NCBI GenBank assembly: GCA_965214705.1
Contig: OZ243972.1
Location: 1,920,001-1,984,000, forward strand
From: Alphaproteobacteria bacterium
GTDB lineage: Bacteria; Pseudomonadota; Alphaproteobacteria; UBA828
Length of the DNA stretch: 64,000 nt
Direction: 5' to 3'
How positions within the stretch are numbered: the first letter of the stretch is position 1; each line of letters opens with the position of its first letter. This document shows, piece by piece, positions 21,017-31,816 of the stretch. A program made the translations under genes and the position numbers. The notes below the pieces were generated by a model, which was given only the letters and a program-made list of their open reading frames with translations, made no database searches and was not told the origin of the DNA.

Positions 21017-23799
21017 GAGGCTGCCTCATCGAGTCGCCGCGATGCGGCTTGGTCTGCGGCGCGCAGCAGTGCCTCCCACCAAGCGAGGCCCCAGGGTCCC
21101 CACTCGCGCTGCAGGCGCGCAAAGCGCATGGCGATCGCGTGGGCGCCAGATTCCGCCTCGCTTGGCGGCAGCTCGTCGTACCCGTCGACGCTGATCGCAG
21201 GCCTGGCATGACCGTGATGCGCGGCGATCAGGTGCAGCGCGAGATCGAAGCGCGCATCGGCGCGACCGACCGCGTCGAGACCGTTCTTCTCCGCATCGAG
21301 CACCGATTTGAGCTCGTGCCTGAAGCCGTTCAGAACATGCTGGTTCGGAGCTTTCGTCGTCTTGGCGTAGGGACCGCCTTCCCGCATTGCTCCGAAGGCC
21401 CGCTGCCAGCGCGGAGCCGCCTTGCCGTCGTCGTGATGGCAGGCGGCGGAAATCAACATGGCTTTGTCGGTCGATCCAAGGCCGAGCGCGTCGGCGATGC
21501 GTGCCGCTTCCTCGCCCGCCCACTGTCGATGCTCGTCGAGGCGCTGCGCCTTGCAGGCCACCGCCCTGGCGTCCTCGCTCTCGCCCGCGGCGCGCCGCTT
21601 GCTCACGATCAGCCAGGAGACGGTGTCACCCTCCGGCGTTTCGCCATAGGGTGCCGCCAACACCGATTGCCAGCCATCGGAGGCCTGCTCGCTGTCCGAA
21701 CATGCATCGACCCTGAGGGTCCAAGCGTGCAGGTCCGGGTCATCGTCCGGCTCGCCCCAATTGTCCTCGATCGTGGGAACCTGTCCGTCGGCATCGCCGT
21801 CCAGCAGACCTTCCGTCAGTCCGCCGTAGCGCGCATCCACCACGAGCCGCCTGCCGACGAGGGTTGCGTACAAGTCCTGAGTATTCCGTTCGCCGATATC
21901 AGCAAGACTCAGGGATTCCACCGGTCGGTTGGCGCCGTCAAGCAAGAAGGCGACGGGGCCATTCCCGGTTGGCGGTGCCAGCAGATTATGGCTTTCAATA
22001 ATCCCGTCACCGACCTCTTCGGAGATGGTCGCGGTGCGGGTTACCTTCCCATGATTCGTCAAGTGCTTGCGTGCCCGTTTCCTGAGCCACTCCACCACGC
22101 GCGAAGTTTCCGTCTCCAGCAGCTCGGCCGTTTGCGGCGGCGCCGCCGCAAAGAATACGTCGGCATCCCGCGCCGGCACAGCCTCCAGGTCATCGCTGTT
22201 CGCCCGGAAGTACAGCGGCAGGTAGCGACGCCAGGCGACAGCGGTTTGCGGCTCGTCGTCCTCCATCCACCCGCGCAGCCACGGCGCGATCTCAGGCCGG
22301 CTGGCGCGATCCTCCAGCGACGTCATCGCCCAGGCATCGACCAGCGGGCGGGTAAGCGGGGGATAGAGCGGCATTCGCGTCGTGGCGTCAATTATCCGCG
22401 CGCTGTGGGCAGGGTCGGCGGCGAGCTTTAGCAGGGTGCCGGGGCCAGCCTGTCGTGCGCCGGTCTCGTCCTTCGGCAACGCTTCGAGGAGGGTACGCAC
22501 GGCCTCATGGCGGGCGACAGCATGAGTGCCTGCCTTCTTCGCCGCGGGTGGGCCCTGATCGACCACCATTACTCTGGCTACGCCCAGACCGCGCCGGTTC
22601 ACCCGGCCGAGCCGCTGCACCATGCGTTCCCACGAGACCAGATCGCAGACCATATGATCGGCATCGAGGTCGATTCCGACCTCGCCGGCTGAGGTCGCGA
22701 CGAAGAACACAGGCTCGCTGCGCGTTGCTTTCGTGTCGCCGACAAGACCGAACTCTTGCAACTCCTCGGCGGCCTTCATTCGTTCGCGCACCCGCCGGCC
22801 GCCGACGAAGAGAATTACATGGGGCCGGAGATTCTCCTTGTCGACCCTCTTGCGGAGATTGCCCGCCACCTTCTCGGCGTCCTTGCGGCTGTAACTGTAG
22901 ACCGCCACCGCTGGCGGAGTCGCGGCGGCTGCGGACTCGGCCTGCATCAGGTCCCAGGCCCGCTCGGCAAGCGCCTGGTCGAGCCTCGAACCCGACGCGA
23001 GATCTTCGACCGTCAGGCTCTTGCGCGCCTCCAGCCGCTTGCGGACGGTGTCGTCGGCCCGGTCGCCATCGTTCAGACAGAACGGATTCCCAGCGGTATC
23101 GAGGCCCAAAGTGGCCGACAGGGGCAGCATGCGGAACGGCGGGGGAAGCCTATCGTGTGCCTCCAGGCCGGCAAACGCGCTCGCGTCCGCCGCATTCGTG
23201 GTCCGCGGCCGCTGCCCCTCTTCGATCGCCTGGAGGAGGCGCTCGAACGGACGGGCGAGATGCGCCTCGTCCAGCATCAGCAACGTATCGCATCCCAGCA
23301 GCCCCGCCGCGTAGGGTCGCATCCGGCGGGACAGCCCATAGCCTTCGAACAGCAGCCGCGAGCCCACCATGTCCACGGTGCCGACGATAATCGCCGGTGC
23401 CGCCGGATCAGCCATCCACTCCCGGTTGTCGGCATGCCGGCCGCGCAGGGTCGAAATCGGCAGCGGGCTGTCGCCGAGACCGAGGGCACGCCGCACCGGC
23501 CCGAGTTCCTCGTTTTCCTCCAGTCTTTCCTGCAATTTCTCGGCGAATCCCGTCGCCTGGTCGACCACGGCACGCCGGTCGACGACATAGGCCAGCCGCC
23601 TGGGCAATGGCGCGCCCGCCGCACGTGCCAGCAGCCAGATTGCCATGACGGCGGTTTTTCCCAAGCCTGTAGGGATATCCACCGCTGGGGGTAGTGCGCC
23701 GCACGCAAAATGGTCGTCGTACAGTCGCTGCTGCCACGGAAACGCGCGATATCCGGTTAGAGCCTCGAACGCGTCCTCAAACTGAACGTGCAGCGTCAC
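21013..23799 (-). CDS. cas3: Type I-G Cas3 helicase with C-terminal HD nuclease
   Basis: FPWQ, IPTGLGKT, DEAH, QRLGRVNR; C-terminal HHDDGK, FRHE, HHG. Confidence 0.93.
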
Positions 23800-24244
23800 C
23801 GCTCAAACTCCGGCATGGGGCATGGCATGGGCCGTAGACCTTGGTGCTGACTGCTGACTTGGGGCAGTGACCGATTCCGTGTTTGAATCTGCCTCTTCAA
23901 ATGGTCGTTCATTTCAAAGCGAGGGGGAAGTTTTCGCGTCTTCAATCTCGATGGAAGTCCGTTGGGCTTCCAGACGAAGAATCGCTCGGGTGATCGGAAC
24001 GTTCATTCTGGAGTATCGTTCTTGTCAGCTTGTCGCATCCTGCAAAGGTCATACAGCGTTTCAGTGCCCGGCAACAGCCAGCAGAGAACCGACAACTGGA
24101 TTGCCGTCACGTCCCTTGCTGAAGCGTTGAAGCCGAGAGGCTCGAGTGAACTGAGCGACACTGCACCGTACTGTCTTCGGCCCGGCCGCTTTGTGTGCTG
24201 CGATGCCAAGGCATCGTGAATGGACCGGAACCGGACGTTTCCCA

Positions 24245-25981
24245 ATGGCTCTGCAACAACTCGAACTCCATCTTCCCGCACCGTCGGCGACTGGCGAGCA
24301 TCCGCTGGTCCCGGCAAGGATGGTGAACGAATTCGTCTATTGCCCGCGCCTCGCCTATCTCATGTGGGGCCAGGCCGAATGGGCGGAGACCGGCGACACG
24401 GTGGACGGGCGTCGGGTGCATACTCGGGTCGACCGACCCAACAAACCGTTGCCCGATCCCGAAGCTCTGGAAACCGACGATGACAGGGTTGTCAGCCGCT
24501 CCCTGACGCTTTCGTCTGAGAAGCTCGGTGTTATCGCGAAAATCGACATCGCCGAGGCCGAGGACGGCGCGGTTACGCCGGTCGACTACAAACGCGGCAA
24601 GCGGCCCCATGTGGCGAAGGGTGCCTACGAGCCGGAGCGTGTCCAGGTCTGCCTTCAGGCGCTGCTGCTTGAAGAGCACGGCTACAAGGTCGAGGAAGGC
24701 GCCATCTGGTACGCCGAAAGCCGCGAGCGCGTCCGAATTGCCATAGACGATGAGCTCCGCCTCGCCGCGCGGGAGGCGGTGAGCCGGTTGCGCCTGACGG
24801 TCGCCCACGGCCGCATTCCGCCGCCCTTAAGCGACAGCCCGAAATGCCCGCGCTGCGCGCTCGTGTCCATCTGCCTGCCGGACGAGATGCGCGCGCTCGG
24901 GGGCTCCGACCTGGCGCCCCGCCCCATCGCCATCGGGGCGGACGAAGCCCTGCCATTGATCGTCCAGTCGCAGAGGGCGCGGGTCTCGAAGGAAGGCGAA
25001 ACCCTCAAGATCGCCGACGAGGAACAGGGCGATACCACCGTGCGGCTGAACGACGTGTCCGACGTGGCACTGTTCGGGAACGTTTCGATCACAACGCCCG
25101 CGCTCGCCGCGCTCATGGACCGCGAAATCCCGGTCGCCTTCCACAGCCATGGCGGCTGGTTTCGCGGCATCGCCCACGGAATCGGCCATCGCAATGTGGA
25201 AGTCAGAACGGCGCAGTATCAGCGCAGCTTCGACCCGACCTATTGTCTGGCCTTCGCCCGCGATCTGGTCGCCGCCAAGATCGTGAACCAGCGGACCATT
25301 GTGCGCCGAAACTGGCGCGGCGATCGCGACCCGCGCAAGGCCGTGCTGGACCGGCTCAACGCCGCCCGGAGATCGACGAAGCGCGCAACTGCGGTGAGCG
25401 CATTGCTCGGACTGGAAGGGGACGCGGCAGCGACATACTTCCGTGCGTTTTCCGATCTGCTGGCGCCGCCGGGCGCCAAGGAATCGGCGGAAGCCGGGAA
25501 TGCCTTGGCGCCATTCCGTTTCGACGCCCGCAACCGGCGTCCTCCGACCGATCCCGTAAATGCCATGCTGTCGCTCGCATACGCCATGCTGACGCGCCAC
25601 CTGACCGTCGCGCTCGCCACAGTCGGCCTCGATCCGTATCGGGGCTTTTTCCATGCGCCGCGATACGGAAAGCCCGCGCTTGCCCTCGACGTGATGGAGC
25701 CGTTTCGGCCGATCATCGCGGATTCGGTGGTTCTGTCGGCGGTCAACACCGGCGAGGTCTCGCCGGGGGACTTCGTGAGCGCTCCGACCGGCACGTCTCT
25801 GACACCAGCAGGGCGCCGCCGTTTCGTCGGCGCGTTCGAGCGACGGCTCTCTCAGGAAACCACACATCCGCTGTTCGGCTACCGGCTCAGCATGCGACGG
25901 CTTCTGCTGCTCCAGGCACGCCTGCTGTGCCGCCACCTGCTGGGCGACCTGCCCGATTATCCGCACTACCTTCCCCGATGA
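24245..25981 (+). CDS. cas1: Cas4-Cas1 fusion
   Basis: YCPR..DYKRGK..CPRCALVSICLP Cas4 part; GLEGDAAATYF, NAMLSLAY, GFFH, DVMEPFRP Cas1 part. Confidence 0.93.
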   Translation: MALQQLELHLPAPSATGEHPLVPARMVNEFVYCPRLAYLMWGQAEWAETGDTVDGRRVHTRVDRPNKPLPDPEALETDDDRVVSRSLTLSSEKLGVIAKIDIAEAEDGAVTPVDYKRGKRPHVAKGAYEPERVQVCLQALLLEEHGYKVEEGAIWYAESRERVRIAIDDELRLAAREAVSRLRLTVAHGRIPPPLSDSPKCPRCALVSICLPDEMRALGGSDLAPRPIAIGADEALPLIVQSQRARVSKEGETLKIADEEQGDTTVRLNDVSDVALFGNVSITTPALAALMDREIPVAFHSHGGWFRGIAHGIGHRNVEVRTAQYQRSFDPTYCLAFARDLVAAKIVNQRTIVRRNWRGDRDPRKAVLDRLNAARRSTKRATAVSALLGLEGDAAATYFRAFSDLLAPPGAKESAEAGNALAPFRFDARNRRPPTDPVNAMLSLAYAMLTRHLTVALATVGLDPYRGFFHAPRYGKPALALDVMEPFRPIIADSVVLSAVNTGEVSPGDFVSAPTGTSLTPAGRRRFVGAFERRLSQETTHPLFGYRLSMRRLLLLQARLLCRHLLGDLPDYPHYLPR

Positions 25982-25993
25982 CAGGTGGTCACC

Positions 25994-26287
25994 ATGAGCG
26001 ATGAGCGCACCTACATCGTCACCTACGACATTTCCGACACGCGACGCTGGCGGCGCGTTTTCAAGACCATGCACGGCTTTGGAGAATGGCTCCAGCTATC
26101 GGTGTTTCAGTGCCGCCTGTCCCGTCGGCGCCGCGCCGAACTTGAAACGAAGCTGCGCGAACTCATCAAGGCGGGCGAGGACCACGTTCTGGTGATCGAT
26201 ATCGGCCCAGCGGACAAGACCGATATTGCCGTCATGAGCATTGGCAAGACCTTTTCAGCGATCGAGCGTCAGGCGGTTGTTGTATGA
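25994..26287 (+). CDS. cas2: Cas2
   Basis: YIVTYDISD..GEWLQLSVFQC. Confidence 0.95.
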   Translation: MSDERTYIVTYDISDTRRWRRVFKTMHGFGEWLQLSVFQCRLSRRRRAELETKLRELIKAGEDHVLVIDIGPADKTDIAVMSIGKTFSAIERQAVVV

Positions 26288-26551
26288 TGGTGTACCCGTC
26301 TCAAGGGATTGCGATTCCGATGCCTGACACCGAAATCAGCCGTTCGAGTTCTGCCAAATCGGTTCGAGTGGTGAGGCAACGCAGAATTATCGGGAATCGC
26401 TCGATACTGTGTAACATATTGATTCCTAGGAGATTCGGGGCGTTCGCCAGGACACGCGAGGTACCGAAAGGGTGCCTGCGACAAGGAAATTCCCGAACCG
26501 CTCGAAATCGACCGGATTTTGTCTCGGCCGCCAACAGGTTGTATGGTGCCT
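26288..26551 (+). promoter_or_regulatory. CRISPR leader
   Basis: AT-richer non-coding region between cas2 and repeat 1; IHF consensus on minus strand at 26412-26424 (AATCAATATGTTA); inverted TCGAGTGGT/ACCGCTCGA motifs. Confidence 0.75.
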
Positions 26552-27849
26552 GCATCCGGGGCGCGCGCGCCCCGGCCTCATTGAAGCCGCAGGGTACGAC
26601 TCAAGACCAGCAGCATTGGGCAGGCATCCGGGGCGCGCGCGCCCCGGCCTCATTGAAGCCTCATGAATATCCATCAGATGGAAATGGATCGGGAGAGGGC
26701 ATCCGGGGCGCGCGCGCCCCGGCCTCATTGAAGCAAAATCCGCACCGGCGCGTCATGGAACATCGTCATGATAGCATCCGGGGCGCGCGCGCCCCGGCCT
26801 CATTGAAGCGGCTCACTGGGAGGTACTGACTACAGCAATCGTGCGGCATCCGGGGCGCGCGCGCCCCGGCCTCATTGAAGCCTGGTGAATCGGATCCGGC
26901 GACTCCTCGGGGAGACGGAGCATCCGGGGCGCGCGCGCCCCGGCCTCATTGAAGCTAGTAGACGCCGAGCTGCTGCGCCAGCTCCGACTGGCATCCGGGG
27001 CGCGCGCGCCCCGGCCTCATTGAAGCTTGCAGAACGGCAGCGTCTACAACCGGATCAACGTCGCATCCGGGGCGCGCGCGCCCCGGCCTCATTGAAGCCG
27101 GGGAGGAGGACCAGGCATCATCCGTATTTAGAGGCGCATCCGGGGCGCGCGCGCCCCGGCCTCATTGAAGCAGCCAATTCGCCGAAACCGCCTGCCTCGA
27201 TCTGACGTGGCATCCGGGGCGCGCGCGCCCCGGCCTCATTGAAGCGTTATCGAGGTGCCGATGGATAGCAGCGCCGAGGCAAGGCATCCGGGGCGCGCGC
27301 GCCCCGGCCTCATTGAAGCCTGGCCATCTCGGCGTAGGCGATCGGGCCATCAATCAGCATCCGGGGCGCGCGCGCCCCGGCCTCATTGAAGCTACGCCGC
27401 GTCGGGCGCCGACGGCCGGCCCGACGCGACCGGGCATCCGGGGCGCGCGCGCCCCGGCCTCATTGAAGCCGAGTAATATCAAGGCTTGATTGTTTGAGGG
27501 GACGGGTGCATCCGGGGCGCGCGCGCCCCGGCCTCATTGAAGCCGTACTGGAGCTGCCTGGACGAAATGTTGAGCTAAACGCATCCGGGGCGCGCGCGCC
27601 CCGGCCTCATTGAAGCATAGGCGACGGGCGATATCTCGTTGACAAGCTCCATGCATCCGGGGCGCGCGCGCCCCGGCCTCATTGAAGCACGGACGCCGAC
27701 GAGACCAAGCTCGATGGGATAGAAGGCATCCGGGGCGCGCGCGCCCCGGCCTCATTGAAGCAGTTCGGTGAACATGTGGGAGACACGTTCCGGGTTGCAT
27801 CCGGGGCGCGCGCGCCCCGGCCTCATTGAAGCTGCACGTAAGATATTGC

Positions 27850-29530
27850 GTAACTGCCCAGGTCGTCTGATTTGTCATTTTGGGCCAGTGAGTTGAGGCG
27901 TGTCTCGGTCGGAATTGGCGTAAAGGGGTTGACGGGAATTTCGGGAAATGACTCAACAGCGGCATGAGCAATCCCGAGTCGCCGCGCGGCCCTTCGACGG
28001 GGGCAGCGCCCGAAACGCCCGCACAGAAGATCGCCCATCTGGAAGAGGAGAACACCCGGCTTCGAGAGGAAAACGCTTGGCTTCGGCAGCAGAACGCGCG
28101 GCTGGAAGAGCAAGTCGCGCGTCTCGTCGAGCGCATCGAGGAGTTGGAGCGCCGTCTTGGCCTCGACAGCGGCAACAGTGGCAAGCCGCCTTCGAGCGAT
28201 GGGCTGAAGAAGCCGAGGTCGAAGCGGCGAACCCGAAGCCTGCGCGGCAAATCGGGCCGCAAGCCCGGCGGGCAGCCCGGCCATGAGGGCAAGACGCTGC
28301 GCCACCGCGATCACCCGGATCGGGTGAAGGACCACATGCCGGCTTCCTGCAAGGGATGCGGCTCGTCGCTTTTGGACGCGGCCAAGGCGGGAACGCCGGT
28401 CGCCCGCCAGGTCTTCGATCTGCCCGAGCCGAGCCCACTGGAGGTGACCGAGCACCGGGCGCATGCCAAGTGCTGCGGGCATTGCGGGACGGTGACGCGG
28501 GCGGCGTTCCCCGACGGGGTGTCGGCACCGGTGCAGTACGGCCCTCGCATTGCAGGCGTGGCGGTCTACCTTCAGCACGCCCACTTCCTGCCGGAGGATC
28601 GGCTGTCGCAGGTGATGGCCGAGCTGTTCGGCGCGCCGGTGACGGCTGCGACGCTGGCGACGATGAGCGAGAGGGCGGCAGAGCGGCTGCGGGACGTGGC
28701 CTCGCACATACAGGATCTGGCGGCGGGCACGGCGCGGGTGAAGCACATGGACGAGACCGGGTTCCGGATCGGCGGGCAGACGCAGTGGCTTCATGTGATC
28801 TGCACGCCGCATCTGGCGGCGTACCGGGTCAGCGGCAGGCGCGGCGCCTTGCTCTCGGGTGTTTCCGGCATCGTCGTTCACGATCACTGGAAGCCGTACT
28901 TTACGATGGAGGGTGTGGAGCACAGCCTGTGCAACGCCCATCACCTGCGGGAGTTGCAGGCTCTGGTGGACATCGAAGGGGAGGCCTGGGCTCGCCACAT
29001 GCAGCAGCTTCTGCGCCGGGCCAATCGCGCCGCCCGGATCGCACAGGACAAGGATATCGCCGTTCCGGCGAGGCTTGCGGCGCTGATCGAGCGCCGATAC
29101 GACGAGATCATTGCCGAGGCGTTGGCCTTCCACGAGAGCCAACCGCCGTTCTCGCCTGGCAAGAGGAAGAAACGCCGGAAACGACGGATCGGTCACAATC
29201 TGGCCTTGAGGCTGCGCGACCACAAGTGCGCGGTGCTCCGGTTCCTGACCGACCTCGAGGTCGGGTTCACAAACAACGAGGCCGAGCGCGACCTTCGGAT
29301 GATGAAGCTGCGCCAGAAGATCTCAGGCGGCTTCCGATCCGAGAAGGGGGCCGAGAACTTCGCCATCCTGCGCAGCGTCATCACCACCGCCAGAAAGCAG
29401 GGCTGGAACATCATCGAAGCCCTGATGAGCCCATCGGACCAACTCATCGCCACCGTCAAGTGCGCGTGAGCCGACGCGGCGAGAACTCCCCAACAGCGGA
29501 ATCATCCCCAGAAACAACCTGGGCAGTTAC
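27850..29530 (+). mobile_element. IS66-family IS (single-ORF, ISBst12-like) inside spacer 18
   Basis: IRs GTAACTGCCCAGGT / ACCTGGGCAGTTAC; 8-bp TSD GATATTGC (27842-27849, 29531-29538). Confidence 0.93.
27964..29469 (+). CDS. IS66 transposase TnpC
   Basis: NSGKPPSSD, zinc finger, HMDETG, CNAHHLREL, TNNEAERDLRM. Confidence 0.93.
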   Translation: MSNPESPRGPSTGAAPETPAQKIAHLEEENTRLREENAWLRQQNARLEEQVARLVERIEELERRLGLDSGNSGKPPSSDGLKKPRSKRRTRSLRGKSGRKPGGQPGHEGKTLRHRDHPDRVKDHMPASCKGCGSSLLDAAKAGTPVARQVFDLPEPSPLEVTEHRAHAKCCGHCGTVTRAAFPDGVSAPVQYGPRIAGVAVYLQHAHFLPEDRLSQVMAELFGAPVTAATLATMSERAAERLRDVASHIQDLAAGTARVKHMDETGFRIGGQTQWLHVICTPHLAAYRVSGRRGALLSGVSGIVVHDHWKPYFTMEGVEHSLCNAHHLRELQALVDIEGEAWARHMQQLLRRANRAARIAQDKDIAVPARLAALIERRYDEIIAEALAFHESQPPFSPGKRKKRRKRRIGHNLALRLRDHKCAVLRFLTDLEVGFTNNEAERDLRMMKLRQKISGGFRSEKGAENFAILRSVITTARKQGWNIIEALMSPSDQLIATVKCA

Positions 29531-29608
29531 GATATTGCGGCCTCAAAGGTCTGCGGCCCGGGCATCCGGGGCGCGCGCGCCCCGGCCTCATTGAAGGGGA
29601 ATTATATA

Positions 29609-30637
29609 GGCTCAATTCGCAAACCGTAGGCATGGCTTTGCCATCGCAGCCTCAAGGCAGGCTCTCGGCGATGGCTGATCGTCGAGTGCGATGAGATGGA
29701 ACCACCTCAGATAGCTGTCCAGGTACTTGGTGGCGATGCCGCGGCGGATGCGCAGAAAGCCCTTGATCTGGCTGTGGCGGCTGTTGACCGTCTGGATGTG
29801 CACGGCACCCCGGACCCGCTCCCCTGCAGAGCCGTTGATGCTCTCGTGAGGGATGTCGAGCGCGGCTGCGACGGGCGGATAGCAGCGGTTGGCGTCGGAG
29901 ACCAGCAGGGCATCCGGGGCGAGGACCGGCTCCAGCACCGCCTTCACGTTGTCTGCGTTCAGCGCGGGCAGGGTGTGGCTGAGGGTCTCGCCGCCACGGT
30001 CGGCGGCGACCAGAACCGGCACCTGCTCGCGCGAGAGGCCGCGTTTCTTGGCCTTGCCGCCGCGCCGGCGCGGCTTGCGGTCGAGCTTCCGCTGCCCCTT
30101 GCGGCTCTCCAGGACGAAGGTCTCGTCCGCCTCGACGATCCCGGCAAGCCGCTCCGGCGCCTGGCGGACCGCCGCCAGGAAGCGGTGGCGCCAGCGATGC
30201 GCCGTGCTCGGCGCAATCCCGCAGCGCGCGGCGGACGCCTTGATCGTCTCGCCCTCGGCAAGCGAGGCGCCAAAGGACAGCCAGCGCTCCTTGTGGTGCA
30301 GCCCAGACAGCGCCGTGCCCGTGAGCGCGCCGAACGTCCTCCCGCACTCCTTGCACCGGAAGCGGCGAAGACCCCGCGCCTTGCCCCGCGACACCGCCCC
30401 GCCGGCACCACAGCGCGGGCAGCGGCGCTCGTCATCCACGCCCAACTCGATCGCCGCCAGCGCGGACGCGCCCTCCGGTGGGTCCGACAGCACCGCCGCC
30501 ACATCGTCGCGCTGCGACGCCGTCAACTCATCGACACGCGAGAACCAGTCCCGAAACCGCTCGTGATCCATCTGTCTGACCCCCAAGGCAAATCGGGAAC
30601 AATCCTATCACAATGCCTACGATTCACGAATTGAGCC
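29609..30637 (-). mobile_element. Second IS1595-family IS (ISPna2-like) nested in the left IR of the first
   Basis: IRs GGCTCAATTCG..CGTAGGCAT; 8-bp TSD ATTATATA (29601-29608, 30638-30645). Confidence 0.92.
29612..30586 (-). CDS. IS1595-family transposase
   Basis: CPRC..CKEC zinc ribbon, VEADET, LVSD, HIQTVNSRHS; start may be ATG 30571. Confidence 0.92.
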   Translation of the reverse strand: MGVRQMDHERFRDWFSRVDELTASQRDDVAAVLSDPPEGASALAAIELGVDDERRCPRCGAGGAVSRGKARGLRRFRCKECGRTFGALTGTALSGLHHKERWLSFGASLAEGETIKASAARCGIAPSTAHRWRHRFLAAVRQAPERLAGIVEADETFVLESRKGQRKLDRKPRRRGGKAKKRGLSREQVPVLVAADRGGETLSHTLPALNADNVKAVLEPVLAPDALLVSDANRCYPPVAAALDIPHESINGSAGERVRGAVHIQTVNSRHSQIKGFLRIRRGIATKYLDSYLRWFHLIALDDQPSPRACLEAAMAKPCLRFAN

Positions 30638-30663
30638 ATTATATAGCTGACTATGCGCCGGTC

Positions 30664-30837
30664 CTATTTGACCGTACCGCCCGCCAGTTCTCGTTGCGGT
30701 TTCGGGGGTAGACGGAGCACGGCCTTGGCCAGCGCCTCGGCGCGGTGGTGAACCTCCTCGGGGATCGGGTCGTCCTCGGTTAGTTCATCCGCCTGTTTCT
30801 CAATTGTCCCCTCGGACGGGTTCGGTCGACTCGTCAT
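30664..30837 (-). CDS. Small passenger peptide of the IS1595 element
   Basis: 57 aa, AEALAKAVLRLPPK; ends just inside the element end. Confidence 0.4.
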   Translation of the reverse strand: MTSRPNPSEGTIEKQADELTEDDPIPEEVHHRAEALAKAVLRLPPKPQRELAGGTVK

Positions 30838-31097
30838 CCGGTCACCGTGCCATCGGTCCCGCGCGTCGTCCAGTCCTTTCACGACCGCTTGACCGCATAT
30901 CAGTCCCGCCCCTACCCTCATCTCCGCAACTGTCAACGTACGTCCCGCTTGCCGGGTCGCCCGCTGAATAAGCCCGAGACCCGGTGCGGGGTAGCTCCCC
31001 GCGCTTGGTGAATAGGCGGGACCCCTCGCGTTCGCGCGTTGATGGTTGCAACGGCCCGGCACCAGCCGGGACCGGGGCAACGGAGCGGGGGAATGTC

Positions 31098-31691
31098 ATG
31101 GGAGTCGTCTACGTCCTGACCAACGAGTTGATGCCGGGTCTCGTCAAGATCGGTAACACCAGTCAGTCGGTCAGAGACCGGATAAGGTCCCTGAACGGCA
31201 CCGGGGTGCCTTGTCCGTACGACTGCGTCGCCGCGTGGGAGTTTGGGGATGCGAAGGGGGCGGAGCGCGCGATCCACCGGGCGTTCGCGGATCGACGCGT
31301 TAGCAAGAAGGAGTTCTTCAAGATGGACCCCGAACGGGCGGTGGCCATCCTGGAGCAGTTCGGACGGAAGGATGTCACCCCGCCCAAGGCGAGGGGGACC
31401 GGGTCGGAGGGCGCGGGTTCCCCGAAAACGAAGCGCAAGTTGTTCCGGTTCTCGATGGTCGGCATCGCGCCGGGGGAGACCCTGACCTCGGTCTGGGACG
31501 AGAGCGTGACCTGCACCGTGGTCGACGACCGGCGGGTCAAGTTCGAGGGCGAGCCGATGACCCTCTCGGGGGCGGCAAAGCGCGTCATCCGGGGCCGGGG
31601 CAAGAACTGGAAGTCCGTGGCGGGACCCGATTCGTGGTGCTACGGTGACCCGCCTTTGACCCTCAACAAGATACGGGACAAGAAGCGGTGA
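31098..31691 (+). CDS. GIY-YIG (T5orf172/MUG113-like) nuclease with probable C-terminal RAMA-like domain
   Basis: GVVYVLTN..MPGLVKIGNT..ERAIH..RV..KEFF; C-terminal FRFSMVGIAPG..TLSGAA..AGPDSWCY. Confidence 0.8.
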   Translation: MGVVYVLTNELMPGLVKIGNTSQSVRDRIRSLNGTGVPCPYDCVAAWEFGDAKGAERAIHRAFADRRVSKKEFFKMDPERAVAILEQFGRKDVTPPKARGTGSEGAGSPKTKRKLFRFSMVGIAPGETLTSVWDESVTCTVVDDRRVKFEGEPMTLSGAAKRVIRGRGKNWKSVAGPDSWCYGDPPLTLNKIRDKKR

Positions 31692-31816
31692 GCCTCCTTC
31701 CCGAATCCCGCTGGTGGCACTGGTTCGTCTACCCCGTGGCGGGGATAATGGTGGCCATTCTTCTGGTGGGGGCAGTCATCGTGGTAGCCTTGGGGTGACC
31801 AGCCTGCGAGGAGAAC

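Larger units (their letters stand above)
26552..29596 (+). CRISPR. CRISPR array, 19 repeats and 18 spacers; repeat GCATCCGGGGCGCGCGCGCCCCGGCCTCATTGAAGC (36 bp)
   Basis: 18 identical repeats 26552-27832; spacer 18 split by IS66; repeat 19 at 29562-29596 with its last base displaced to 33206 by the IS1595 insertion. Confidence 0.97.

Noticed and set aside
26284-27353. ORFs spanning the leader and array
   Set aside because: Translations of CRISPR repeats.
26588-29561. Self-targeting spacers within the window
   Set aside because: None noticed by eye; this was not an exhaustive search and needs alignment to exclude.
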